A stretch of 64,000 bases of DNA from Anaeramoeba ignava BMAN (taxonomy: Eukaryota > Protista > Anaeramoebae), in assembly GCA_028826165.1 (NCBI GenBank), contig JAPDFW010000065.1:1-64000 (forward strand), read 5' to 3'. This document shows positions 26,701 to 39,333 of this stretch, piece by piece. How positions within the stretch are numbered: position 1 is the stretch's first letter; every line of letters starts with the position of its first letter. The translations under genes and the position numbers were made by a program. Below the pieces are notes generated by a model that saw nothing but the letters and a program-made list of their open reading frames with translations, did no database searches and had not been told where the DNA came from.

Positions 26701-27232
26701 TTTAAATTAATTTTAAATTAATTTTAAATCAATTTTATATTAATTTTATATTAATTTTATATCAATTTTTTCAATATTAATTTTAAATCAATTTTAAATT
26801 AATTTTATATTAATTTTTTTTAAATCAATTTTATATTAATTTTATATTAATTTTAAATCAATTTTATATCAATTTTAAATTAATTTTATATTAATTTTAT
26901 ATTAATTTTATATTAATTTTAAATTAATTTTATATTAATTTTAAATCAATTTTATATTAATTTTATATCAATTTTAAATCAATTTTATATCAATTTTAAT
27001 AAAAGTTACGTTTTGATTCTGAAGATTTAGTTGAATTAATTGAATTAAGTTGAGTTTTTTCAAATAATTTTGTTTGTGTTTCAATTGCAGATATTGATTC
27101 CTCAACTAATTTAACTTGAGAAAAATAATCTTCAATTTTATCTTCAAAATTTTGTGAAGGATCATCAAGAATTTTAAGTTTAATTTCATCATCATTTTTA
27201 TTTGAATTACGTTTATTAAATCGATCTTGCAT
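23800..27232 (-). CDS. Syntaxin-1-like plasma-membrane Qa-SNARE (multi-exon)
   Basis: MQDRF N-peptide, Habc helices, EARIRKNQHQ, SNARE motif [50 protein letters not shown], and a C-terminal TM ending VVFGK*. Confidence 0.9.
25230..26995. repeat. ~1.75-kb 11-mer microsatellite (AATTTTATATY) filling syntaxin intron 1
   Basis: Continuous caattttatat/taattttatat units. Confidence 0.95.
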
Positions 27233-27523
27233 TTCTTTTTAAAAAATAAATGAAAAATAAATTATTGAAAAAAGAAAAAATTAATAAATGAGAAAAATGA
27301 AAAATAAAAATTTCATTTTTCTTTTTAATTTTAAATGAATTTAATTACAAAAAAAATGAAAAATCAAAAAAAATCAAAAAAAATTTCATTTTTCTTTTTA
27401 TTTTAAAAATGTTTAATTTACAAAATAAAAATAAAAATCAAAATCAAAATCAAAATCAAAAATGAAAAATGAAAAAGAATAGAAAACCAAAAATTTTTAA
27501 TTAAAAATTTTGTAATAAAACCA

Positions 27524-28212
27524 ATGAATTATTCAACTAAAATAAAGAAAAAAGTATTTTATTTAATATTTAGAAAAATAAAAATAATAGATTAAAATAA
27601 TAGAAAAAAATAATAGATTAAAATAATAGAAAAAATAATAGAAAAAATAATAGAAAAAATAATAAAAATAACTGATTAAAATATTTAAATTGAAAAAAAA
27701 AATAATTTGATTTTAAATTTAAGCCGTTATTATTTAAAAAACCAAATCAACAACAATATCAATATATTCCAAAAGAAACTTTTCAGTTTCGACTTGATAA
27801 ATTGTTTACAAATGTTGGATGGAGTTTTGTTATTGGAAGTGGAATAGGGTTTGTTTATGGAGGAACAAAAGCAATGCAATTAGGGAATGAATTTGGAACA
27901 AAAATTTTTTTACATTCATTTGTTGATCAATTTGCAAAATATCAAGAAATTTTCTCGATTAAATTTGCTTCTTTTACTGGTTTATTTTATATATTTACAG
28001 GCATTATTCGAAATTATCGAAAAGTAAATGATATGACAAATTTTATTCTTGCAGGAACTACAACTGGGTTTGTCAAGAATTTAGGTTCAGGAAAAAAACA
28101 TTTATTTTATGGAAGTTTAACTGGTGCTATTGCTGGTTTTGGAGTTTCTTTGTTTTATAAAAATAGATATTCAAGTCTTCCTTTTTTTGAAAAAAAGGTT
28201 GATCAAAAATAA
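27524..28212 (+). CDS. Tim17/Tim22/Tim23 (PRAT) family translocase subunit (2 exons)
   Basis: MNYSTKIKKK/PLLFKKP...; GxxxG-rich TM helices and RKVNDMTNFILAGTTTG, which matches the R-x-x-x-D-x-x-N-x-x-x-A-G-x-x-T-G family signature. Confidence 0.75.
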
Positions 28213-28589
28213 AAGGGATTTATGAAGACCAAATTTAATTTTAATTTTAATTTTAATTTTAATTTTTGATTTTAATTTAATTTTAATTTTAATTTTAATT
28301 TTAATTTTAATTTTAATTTTAATTTTAATTTTAATTTTAATTTTAATTTTAATTTTAATTTTAATTTTAATTTTAATTTTAATTTTGATTTAAATTTTAA
28401 TTTTAATTTGAATTTTAATTTTAATTTTAATTTTAATTTTAATTTTAATTTTAATTTTTGATTTTAATTTTGATTTAAATTTAATTTTGATTTTGTTAAT
28501 TTTTTTTTTATCCGAATTTAAATTTGAAAAAAATTAAAAGTAAAAAAAAAGTAAAAGAAAAGTAAAAGAAAATTAAAAGAAGAAGAAGA

Positions 28590-29770
28590 TTATTTTTGCT
28601 TTCTTTCTTCTTGTTGTTTGACAATTTCATCAATATCTTCATCATCTAAATCCATAACTTTTTCTTTTTTTTGTTTAATATATTCTCTTGCTTGTTTTTT
28701 AGCCTCCTCCTTACGGATGACATCAAAATAAGGATGAGCCATAGCTTCCTGAGCAGTATAACGCTGTTTATGGTCATAAACAAGAAGATGGTCGAGAAGA
28801 TCAAGAGCATCAGGAACAGCCCAGTGTTCATTTGAAGAATTAACAAAACGGTTCCATTGTTTTTTAGAATGTCTTCCGATCATATTAAGAAAATTTCTTG
28901 ATAATTCAATTTTATAAGTATGTAAATAATCATATAAACCGTCAGTTCCCAAAATTTTGGCAATTTTGACAAGTTGGTCGTAATTGTCTTTGCCTCTGAA
29001 AAAAATGTCTTTTCCAAAGATCATGCCAGCAAATTGGCATCCAAGAGACCATATATCAAGCGAGTAATCATATTGCTGGAAATCCACAAGAAGTTCTGGA
29101 CCCTTAAAATAACGTGTTGCGACCCGAACGTTATAATTTTCGCCGGGATGGTAAAATTCTGCCAGTCCCCAATCAATAAGACGAAGGACTCTCTTTTCGT
29201 GATCAATCATAACATTGTGCGGCTTAATGTCGCGGTGCATGATCCCGCAGGAATGGGAATATTCAAGTGCCTTCAGAAGTTCATATGTGTAGTAACGGCA
29301 GTCGAAGTCCGTTAGTGTTGGATACAAAATTTTAAAGTCAGTATTATTAACAAATTCAGAAATCAAAGCAGGATAAATGCTGTTCTCATCTTTCACTAGA
29401 TCAATCAATTGGAGAATATTCGGTCCGCCTCGTAGATTTAGTAATATTTTGATCTCCCGTTTGATTTTCCCCTTCCGTACTGGCTTCAGTACCTTCACAA
29501 CGCAGGGCTCATTGTTAAGTACTTGCACGCCTTGAAATACTTCGCTGTATTTCCCTCGCCCAATTTTCTTCGTGATTTGATACTTGTCTTTTACCCCCCA
29601 TTCAAGTGTGAAGTTTTCATAGTCGTAGTATTCTTTCGGTTTATTTAGATTCACGTTCGCATATACCCGTGATACGCCTAGTTTTTTGTTCGTGTTTTGT
29701 TTTGTTCGTTTGGTTCGTTAGTTTGGTTTTTGTTTCGGTTTTTTTTTTGTTTGTGTTTTTTTTTACTCAT
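28590..29770 (-). CDS. CKA1: Casein kinase II alpha catalytic subunit (first coding exon ATGA, 4 nt)
   Basis: ATG A|gt...ag|GC gives [11 protein letters not shown]. Motifs [48 protein letters not shown] and GPELL are diagnostic of CK2 alpha. Confidence 0.97.
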
Positions 29771-30050
29771 TTATTTTTATAATTTAATTAATTTAGAAAA
29801 AAATGAAAAAAATGAAAAAAATGAAAAATGAAAAATTAAAAATGAAAAAAATTTTTTTTTAAAATCTTTTATTCGCTTATTTTCCAAATTATAACCTAAA
29901 TAAAACTAAACAATTCTTTTAGATATCAAAAAATCAAAAAAAAAAAACATTGAAAATTGAAATTAAAACAAAATCAAAAAAAAAATTTTTTTTCTTGTTC
30001 CACTTTTTTCATTATATTTTTTTTCTTGTTCAAATTTTTAATCCTTTTTT

Positions 30051-33000
30051 TTAATCCTTTTTTGGAGTGTTTTCTAAATCTGACCAATCAACTTTTTCTT
30101 TTGTAACTTCTTTAACAAAAAATACTCTTCTGTTGAACCAAAAATGTGTTAATTGAAGATTATGAACTGTGAAATTATAATTCAGAATATCTTTTTTAAG
30201 CCAAGAAAGTTTTCTATCTCCCATAACATTCATTTGAGAAATTACTCCATTGTAAAAGAAGTAACACAAAAGTGTTCCAACAATAATAGTCAAAACTCTT
30301 ACTAATGCTAATTTTCCTTTTTTGAATTTTCCACTATAATTTGTAGTATATAATCCAACTAAAATAATTGGAGCTAATGGAGCTGTTCCCTATTTTTATT
30401 TGAATTATATTTTGAATTAAAATTATTTTGAATTAAATTGAATTATTTTGAATTTAAATTATTTTGAATTGAATTGAAATATTTTGAATTGAAATAATAT
30501 TTTGAATTGAAATATTTTGAATTGAATTGAATTGAATTGAAATATTTTGAATTGAATTGAATTGAATTGAATTGAATTGAAATATTATTTTGAATTGAAT
30601 TATTTTAAATTAAATTATTTTGAATTGAAATATTTTGAATTAAAATTATTTTGAATTGAATTATTTTGAATTGAATTGAATTGAAATATTATTTTGAATT
30701 TAATTATTTCGAATTGAAATATTTTAAATTGAAATATTTTAAATTGAAATATTATTTTGAATTAAATTATTTTGAATTGAATTGAAATATTTTGAATTGA
30801 ATTATTTTGAATTGAAATATTTTGAATTGAATTATTTTGAATTTAAATATTATATTGAATTGAAATATTTTGAATTGAATTGAATTGAATTGAATTATTT
30901 TGAATTAAAAATATTTTGAATTAAATTATTTTAAATTAAATTATTTTGAATTGAATTATTTTGAATTATTTTGAATTGAATTATTTTGAATTTAAATTAA
31001 ATATTTTGAATTTAAATTAAATATTTTGAATTTAATAATATTTTGAATCGAAATAATATTTTGAATTTAAATAATATTTTGAATTGAAATATTTTGAATT
31101 GAATTGAATTGAATTGAAATATTTTTTTGAATTGAATTGAATTGAATTGAAATATTTTGAATTGAAATATTATTTTGAATTGAAATAATATATTGAATTG
31201 ATTTGAATTGAAATTTACTGCTGTAATCACTGAATGCCATATTTCGGCTTTACTTGCATCTCTCCAAATTCCTCGACTTATTCCATACCATAAATATGCA
31301 AAAAAAATACCTGAAATAACAGCAATTGATAAACTAACAAATGCTCTAATTAAAACATGTCTCCATTTAATTGAATTATACCAATCTTTAAGATGTAAAT
31401 TTGTTGTTAATTTTGCCATAATAACCCACTTTAGAAATAAACAAAAAAGAGAATTTTAATAAATATTTGATTTGATTTAATTTGATTTAATTTAATTTGA
31501 TTTAATTTAATTTGATTTGATTTGATTTGATTTAATTATGATTTGATTTAATTTGATTTGATTTAATTTGATTTAATTTGATTTAATTTAGTTTGATTTA
31601 ATTTGATTTGATTTTATTTGATTTAATTTAATTTGATTTAATTTGATTTTAATTTGATTTGATTTGATTATGATTTGATTTAATTATGATTTAATTTAAT
31701 TATGATTTAATTTAATTTAATTTTATTTAATTTGATTTTATTTGATTTAATTTAATTTGAATTGATTTGATTTGATTTGATTTAATTTGATTTTATTTGA
31801 TTTGATTTGATTTGATTTTGATTTAATTTGATTTGATTTAATTATGATTTGATTTGATTTGATTTGATTTTATTATGATTTAATTTGATTTGATTTGATT
31901 TGATTTGATTTGATTTAATTTGATTTAATTATGATTTAATTTGATTTAATTTGATTTAATTTGATTTAATTATGATTTAATTTAATTTTGATTTAATTTG
32001 ATTTAATTTGATTTTGATTTTGATTTGATTTGATTTGATTTGATTTAATTATGATTTGATTTAATTTTGATTTGATTTTGATTTGATTTAATTTGATTTG
32101 ATTTGATTTGATTTTAATTTGATTTGATTTAATTTAATTTGATTTTATTTGATTTGATTTAATTTGATTTAATTTGATTTAATTTGATTTGATTTGATTT
32201 GATTTGATTTAATTTGATTTGATTTGATTTGATTTAAAATATTTCTAATACTTACTTGCATTACTCCTATTACATTTTCAAATCTTACAATATCCAATTT
32301 AGCTTTTCCATTGCATAATAAAGGGGAATAAAATAAAATCAACCAGAAAATCCAAACAATTATAATCCAAAAAAGTGCTCTAACCCAATCCAATTTCATC
32401 CATTTAGTTAAATATCCTAAAAAAAATGAATCATCAAATCCTGCAAAAAAGAATCCAAAAACAATCCCTAATCAAAAATAACAAATATTCCAATTTTTAA
32501 TCAACAAAATAAATTTTTTTTTCTTTTTCTTTTTTCTTTTTTTACATAAAAAATGAGCTTCTTGAAGATAAGCAGAATCAATATGAAACCATCTAATAAA
32601 TAATTCTTCATGAAAAAAATAAAGTTGAGCTCCTATTTAATGTTAACAGAAATTGTTTTTGTTTTAATTAAATTCAAATCCAAATTGAAATTAAAATTTT
32701 TAAATGAAATTAACTAACCTGACATTGCTGCAACAATATGTCTGAAAAATCCATGAATATTTGGATGATTTACAGCTGGGAAAAAATGAGAAAGAAGTAT
32801 AGAGCAAACAATATAATAACTATTCAAAAAATAAGATGAAGAAAAATTAGTAATTGATTATTGAATTGAATATTGAATTAAATATTGAATATTAAATTGA
32901 ATATTAAATTAAATATTGAATTGAATATTGAATTGAATATTGAATTGAATATTGAATATTGAATTGAATTGAATATTGAATTGAATTGAATATTGAATTG

Positions 33001-33942
33001 AATTGAATTGAATATTGAATATTGAATTGAATATTGAATTAAATATTGAATTGAATATTGAATTGAATATTGAATATTGAATTAAATTGAATATTGAATT
33101 GAATATTGTATTGAATATTAAATTGAATATTGAATTGAATATTGAATTGAATATTGAATTGAATATTGAATTGAATATTGAATTGAATTGAATATTGAAT
33201 ATTGAATTGAATATTGAATTAAATATTGAATATTGAATTGAATATTGAATTGAATATTGAATTGAATTGAATTGAATAGTGAATATTGGGGTGAATATTG
33301 AATTGAATTGAATATTGAATTGAATATTGAAATTGAATTTGAATTGAATATTGAATATTGGGAATTGAATATTGAAATATTGAATAAAATAAATTGAATA
33401 TTGAATGAATATTGAATATTGAATATTGAATTGAATATTGAATTGAAATATTGAATATTGAATATTGAATTGAATATTGAATTGAATATTGAATATTGAA
33501 TTGAATATTGAAATTGAATATTGAATATTGAATATTGAATATTGAATATTGAATATTGAATTGAATATTGAATATTGAATTGAATATTGAATTGAATATT
33601 GAATATTGAATTGAATTGAATATTAAATTGAATTAATATTGAATATTGAATTGAATATTGAATTGAATATTGAATTGAATATTGAATTGAATATTAAATT
33701 GAATTGATTTGAATTGAATTGAAGATTTATTCTGATTGATTTTAATGTAATTGGAATTTTGCGATTAAAAAAATATACCCTAAAATTGTTGCATAATAGA
33801 GATGAAACCAAGAAGATCCTTTTGTCCAATAGAGGATTGCAAGAAAAGGAAGTCCAATTAAATGACTAACTGTTTCTGCGATAATTGGTGTCCAAATTGG
33901 AGATTTAATTCTAAATTCTTTTTCAACTTGTTCTTTATTCAT
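30051..33942 (-). CDS. Uncharacterised multipass membrane protein (6 exons)
   Basis: Six exons join in frame through GT-AG introns (...ATILG/YIVCS...AMSG/AQLYF...HFLW/IVFG...GVMQ/WVIMAK...VITA/GTAPLAP...). Many hydrophobic segments; no family recognised. Confidence 0.7.
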
Positions 33943-34222
33943 TCTGAAATTGTTTTATTTTTGAAATAATATCAAAAAATATAAAAATTTTTTGTTGTAA
34001 ATAAAAAAGTGAAAAAATTTTTTTTCTTTCATCTTTTTCTTAAATGTTTCTTTTATTATTTAATTTATTTTAATTAAAAATTTTTGATCTTAAATTAAAA
34101 AAGATGATTCAATTTTTCCACGAATTTTTTTACACGAAATTATTTGTCTTCTTTTTTTTAAATTAAAAAAAAAATAAAAAAATAAAAAATAAAAAAAAAA
34201 AATTAATTAAAAAAAAAATATA

Positions 34223-34306
34223 TGACAGCAGTGGGATTTGAACCCACGCGGACTACTGTCCAATAGAACTTGAGTCTATCGCCTTAGACCACTCGGCCAT
34301 ACTGTC
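34223..34306 (-). tRNA. tRNA-Leu(CAA), copy 1
   Basis: Reverse complement GACAGTATGGCCGAGTGGTCTAAGGCG ATAGA CT-CAA-GT TCTAT TGGACAGTAGTCCG CGTGG GTTCAAATCCCAC TGCTGTCA gives a cloverleaf with a long variable arm, followed by a poly-T run. Confidence 0.97.
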
Positions 34307-34495
34307 TTTTTAATTTTAATTTTAATTTTTTTAATTAAATTATTTTTCATTTTTTAAATTTTAATTTTATATCTTTTTATAATAAATTTTTAAAATTTTT
34401 TATTTATTTTTTTTTAATTAAATTTTTTTGGTTTTTAAATCTATTTATTTTCTTCAATTTATAAAGAAAAAAAGGAAAAGAGAAAAAGAAAAAGA

Positions 34496-35535
34496 AATTA
34501 ATAAAAAAGTGGAATAAAAAAGTGGAATAAAATTAATAATAAATTAATTAATAAAAAGTGAAATAAAATTAATAATAAATTAATTAATAAAAAAATGGAA
34601 TAAAATTAATAATAAATTAATTAATAAAAAAATGAAATAAAATTAATAATAAAATTATTAATAAAAATGGAATAAAATTAATAAAAATTAATTAATAAAA
34701 AGTGGAATAAAATTAATAATAAATTAATTAATAAAAATGAAATAAAATTAATAATAAATTAATTAATAAAAATGAAATAAAATTAATAATAAATTAATTA
34801 ATAAAAATGGAATAAAATTAATAATAAATTAATTAATAAAAAAAATGGAATAAAATTAATAATAAATTAATTAATAAAAATGAAATAAAATTAATAATAA
34901 ATTAATTAATAAAAATGAAATAAAATTAATAATAAAATTAATTAATAAAAATGAAATAAAATTAATAATAAATTAATTAATAAAAAATGAAATAAAATTA
35001 ATAATAAATTAATTAATAAAAATGAAATAAAATTAATAATAAATTAATAAAAATGGAATAAAATTAATAATAAATTAATAAAAAGTGAAATAAAATTAAT
35101 AATAAAATTAATTAATAAAAAGTGAAATAAAATTAATAATAAATTAATTAATAAAAATGAAATAAAATTAATAATAAATTAATTAATAAAAATGAAATAA
35201 AATTAATAATAAATTAATTAATAAAAATGGAATAAAATTAATAATAAATTAATTAATAAAAATGAAATAAAATTAATAATAAATTAATTAATAAAAAATG
35301 AAATAAAATTAATAATAAATTAATTAATAAAAAAATGAAATAAAATTAATAATAAATTAATTAATAAAAAATGAAATAAAATTAATAATAAATTAATTAA
35401 TAAAAAAATGGAATAAAATTAATAATAAATTAATTAATAAAAAAATGGAATAAAATTAATAATAAATTAATTAATAAAAAAGTGGAATAAAATTAATAAA
35501 AAATGGAAATAAAATTAATAATAAATTAATTAATT
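34496..35535. repeat. ~33-35-bp minisatellite, about 30 copies, between the two tRNA copies
   Basis: Unit aaaatg(g/a)aataaaattaataataaattaattaata repeated head-to-tail. Confidence 0.95.
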
Positions 35536-35558
35536 AAAAAAAATAAAAAAAAAATATA

Positions 35559-35642
35559 TGACAGCAGTGGGATTTGAACCCACGCGGACTACTGTCCAAT
35601 AGAACTTGAGTCTATCGCCTTAGACCACTCGGCCATACTGTC
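35559..35642 (-). tRNA. tRNA-Leu(CAA), copy 2 (identical to copy 1)
   Basis: Same 84-nt sequence as 34223-34306, with near-identical flanks. Confidence 0.97.
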
Positions 35643-35971
35643 TTTTAATTTTTAATTTTAATTATTTTTAATTAAATTATTTTTCATTTTTTAAATTTTA
35701 ATTTTATATCTTTTTATAATAAATTTTTAAAATTTTTTATTTATTTTTTTTTAATTAAATTTTTTTGGTTTTTAAATCTATTTATTTTCTTCAATTTATA
35801 AAGAAAAAAAGAAAAAGAAAAGGTAAAGAAAAGAAAAGGTAAAGAAAAGGTAAAGTAAAGGTAAAGTAAAAAGATCAAATAAAAAGTGGAACGAGAAGAA
35901 GAAAAATTTTTTTTTTTCTTTTTCTTTTTCTTGCTTTGTTTTGTTTTGCTTTGCTTTGTTTTGCTTTGTTT

Positions 35972-37221
35972 TTACCAATCAAGAGAATTTTGAGTTTGTT
36001 CTTGTTGTTCTTTTTCTTGTTCAGTTTCTTGTTCATATTCAATTTCAATTTCAGCTTTTTTTTCTTGTTTTTTCAAATCTTCAACTTCCCCTAAAAAAAA
36101 AAGGAAAGAAATAAATTGAATTTGAAATAAATTGAATTTGAAATAAATTGAATTTGAAATGAATTAAATTTGAAATAAACTTACATTTAAGATGTTGTGT
36201 TTGTTCTTCTTCATCAACAACAAATTCTGTTTCTGGTTCATTTTCAAGCTAAAAAGAAATTAAAATTTAAAATTGAATTTATTTTCTTTTGAAAATTTTT
36301 TAAATCAAAAAGGAAATGAACCTTTTCAATTGTTTTATCAAAAGTTTTTTGATCAAAATTAAGATAACCAGAATATAAACCTGATCTGAAACGTTCTAAT
36401 AATTCTTTTTCAATTGAATTTGAAATTTTAGCAGCAGTTAAAGCTTTTTTTTCATTTTTAGCTTCTCTTTTTTCAATTTTTTTGTTTATATGAACTAATT
36501 GAAATTCTGGAGGCTAAATTTTATTTCATTTTTAATTTTCATTTTTAAATTCATTTTTAAATTTCATTTTTAAATTCATTTTTAAATTCATTTTTAAATT
36601 TTAAATAAAAATTTGTACTTTTTCTCGTATTTTTCTCATCCTCATTAAATATTGACGAATTCTTGTAAATCGTTGTTTACATTTATGTCTATAAAATCTA
36701 GGCCAAAATTCAAGTTGTTGATCAATAAGTTCAATTGCTTTTGAATATTTTCCAGGTAATTTAATTAATTCCCATAATCTATTTGGAGTATGAGCTCTCT
36801 CAATAGTTTTAATACAAAGATAAGTTTTGCCTAATTTTAATTTTGATTTTATTTCAAATATTAATTTTAATTTTTGATTTTAATTTTAATTTTAATTTTA
36901 ATTTTAATTTTAATTTAAATTTTAATTCAAATTTTAATTTTGATTTTAATTTTAATTTTAATTTTAATTTTAAAAATTACCTTTAATTTCTCGAATTGTA
37001 GCATATCTTGAATTTGCAAGTGGACATAAATGTCTTCTACAAAGTCCTGTTAAATTGTATTTATTACGACAAAATACTTCTTTATCTAATTTTGCTCGAT
37101 ATGAACAAAGAGAATAATTAATACATCCCCAAATAAGCTAAAAAAAAAACGGAAAATTATTTCAATTTAAATTTTTAAATAAAATTTCATTTAATTTGAA
37201 TTTTACTTCATCGTGTTGCAT
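35972..37221 (-). CDS. MAK16: MAK16 ribosome biogenesis protein (multi-exon)
   Basis: [21 protein letters not shown]...[29 protein letters not shown]...[18 protein letters not shown]...[16 protein letters not shown]...[14 protein letters not shown]...EIEYEQE...LDW*. Confidence 0.95.
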
Positions 37222-37227
37222 TTTATT

Positions 37228-37312
37228 TTAAAAATGAAAAATGAAAAATGAAAAATGAAAAATGAAAAATGAAAAATGAAAAATGAAAAATGAAAAAAAT
37301 TTAATTTTCATT
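37228..37312. promoter_or_regulatory. Bidirectional promoter with tandem TCATTTT(T) initiator-like motifs (MAK16 / glucokinase)
   Basis: About 9 aaaatga units (TCATTTT on the minus strand) upstream of MAK16, and one ttcattttt on the plus strand upstream of glucokinase, within a 121-bp spacer. Confidence 0.5.
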
Positions 37313-37342
37313 TTTTTTCTTTTTTAAATATCAAAAAAAAAA

Positions 37343-38965
37343 ATGAATCTTTTTTCAAAAGAAGAAATTGAAAATACATTATTAAAACTTGATGAATGGA
37401 AAAAACAAAATAAAAGTATAATTATTGTTGCTGATATTGGTGGTACAAATACAAGAATTTGCTTTACTTTTTTAGAATCAAAAATAGGTGATTTTTTGAT
37501 AATGCCTTATAAAAAAATTAATTCATCAAGAAAAGTTGTTGAAGTAAATATTAAAATATAAACCAAAATTAAAATAAAAATGAAAATATAAATCAAAAAT
37601 AAAATTAAAATTAAAATGAAAATCAAAATCAAAATCAAAATATAAATCAAAAATATAAATCAAAATCAAAATCAAAATCAAAATCAAAATCAAAATAAAA
37701 ATCAAAATTAAAATAAAAATAAAAATAAAAATCAAAATCAAAATCAAAATCAAAATCAAAATCAAAATCAAAATGAAAATCAAAATCAAAATCAAAATCA
37801 AAATCAAAATCAAAATCAAAATCAAAATCAAAATCAAAATCAAAATCAAAATCAAAATCAAAATCAAAATCAAAATCAAAATTAAAATCAAAATCAAAAT
37901 CAAAATTAAAATCAAAATCAAAATCAAAATAAAAATCAAAATAAAAATCAAAATCAAAATCAAAATATAAATTAAAATCCAAAAACTCAAAAACAGTTAT
38001 TTCAACAACTTTCTGAATCAATTCAAAACAAATTTAAAATTCATGCTGGAGTAATTGCAACTGGTGGAAGAGTTTTAGAAAATGGAACAATAGGATATGT
38101 TACAAACTTTCCTCTTCCAGAAGAAAATCAAAAAATGATACTCAAAGAACTTCCATCAAATTTATTTCCTGAAAAAAATTCAATCTTTATTAATGATTTA
38201 GAAGGATGTTGTTTTGGATTATTATTCTTAAATCAAAACAAACATTTGAATCAATTTTATCAACCTTTATGGAAAGGAAAAGAAATTATTTTGGAAGATA
38301 ATTCAGAAATTGTTTTCAATAAATCCAATATCCTTGTTTTAGGAATGGGAACAGGATTTGGAGTTGGTTTGATGTTATATTCAGGTTATGATTCAAAATA
38401 TTATGTGATTCCAACAGAATTTGGTCATTCAATCATCAATCTCAAAAATATCGAAACTGATAAAAATCAATTTGAATTAATCAATTATATTAGTAATCAA
38501 AAATATCAAGGAAAACACTCAATAGAATATGGAGATATTTGTAGTGGACCTGGATTAGTTATGTGTTATAATTATCTTGTTCAGAAAATGGGATTGAAAT
38601 TAGAACCAATTGATGCAGCAACAATCTCAAAAAAATCAATGATTGATGAACCAAAAGATGAATATTCTGAAGTTTGTAAACAAGCTCAAACTATTCATTA
38701 TAATTTTCTTTTCAGGTTGGCTTCAAATTTGTGTGTCTCTTTACAATGCAAAACTATTTTTCTTGTTCTTGATAATCAAGTTAAAAATGATAAATTTGTT
38801 ACTTCAAAAATTCAAGAATTTCATCATAATTTTCTTGATCATCCAAAAAATAATTGGTTAATTGATGTGAATTGTTTTAGACAAATTTCTGCAGATGAAA
38901 ACCTTAATATTACTTTTATGGGTTGTTTACATTTTTCTCAACAATTTTTCTCAAAACAAAATTAA
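37343..38965 (+). CDS. Glucokinase, bacterial-type Glk family (2 exons)
   Basis: IIVADIGGTNTRI, INDLEG, VLGMGTGFGVG, PTEFGH and IEYGDICSGPGL. The intron at ~37544-37996 is filled with (AAAATC)n. Confidence 0.88.
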
Positions 38966-39333
38966 AATTAAAATTAAAATTGAAATTAAAATTAAAATCA
39001 AAATCAAAATTAAAATCAAAATCAAAATCAAAATTAAAATCAAAATCAAATTTAAAATTAAAAATAAAAATGAAAATCAAAAATAAAATTAAAATTAAAA
39101 TCAAAATCAAAATCAAAAACAAAATATAAATTGAAATCAAAAATAAAATTGAAATTAAAATCAAAATTAAAAATGAAAATTGAAATTAAAAATAAAATGA
39201 AAATCAAAATTAAAATCAAAATATAAAATTGAAATTAAAATCAAAATAAAAAATTAAAAATAAAAATGAAAATAAAAATTTAAAATAAAAAATTTAATTT
39301 TCATTTTTTTCATTTTTTTCCTTTTTTATTTTA

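Noticed and set aside
28646-29315. Overlapping and antisense ORFs in CK2 alpha, and likewise in the kinase-HECT, GBP-like and TLDc genes
   Set aside because: Shadow ORFs arising from locally higher GC or repeats; no recognisable motifs.
34496-35535. 33-35-bp repeats resembling a CRISPR array
   Set aside because: The units are head-to-tail with no unique spacers, there are no cas genes, and the context is eukaryotic.
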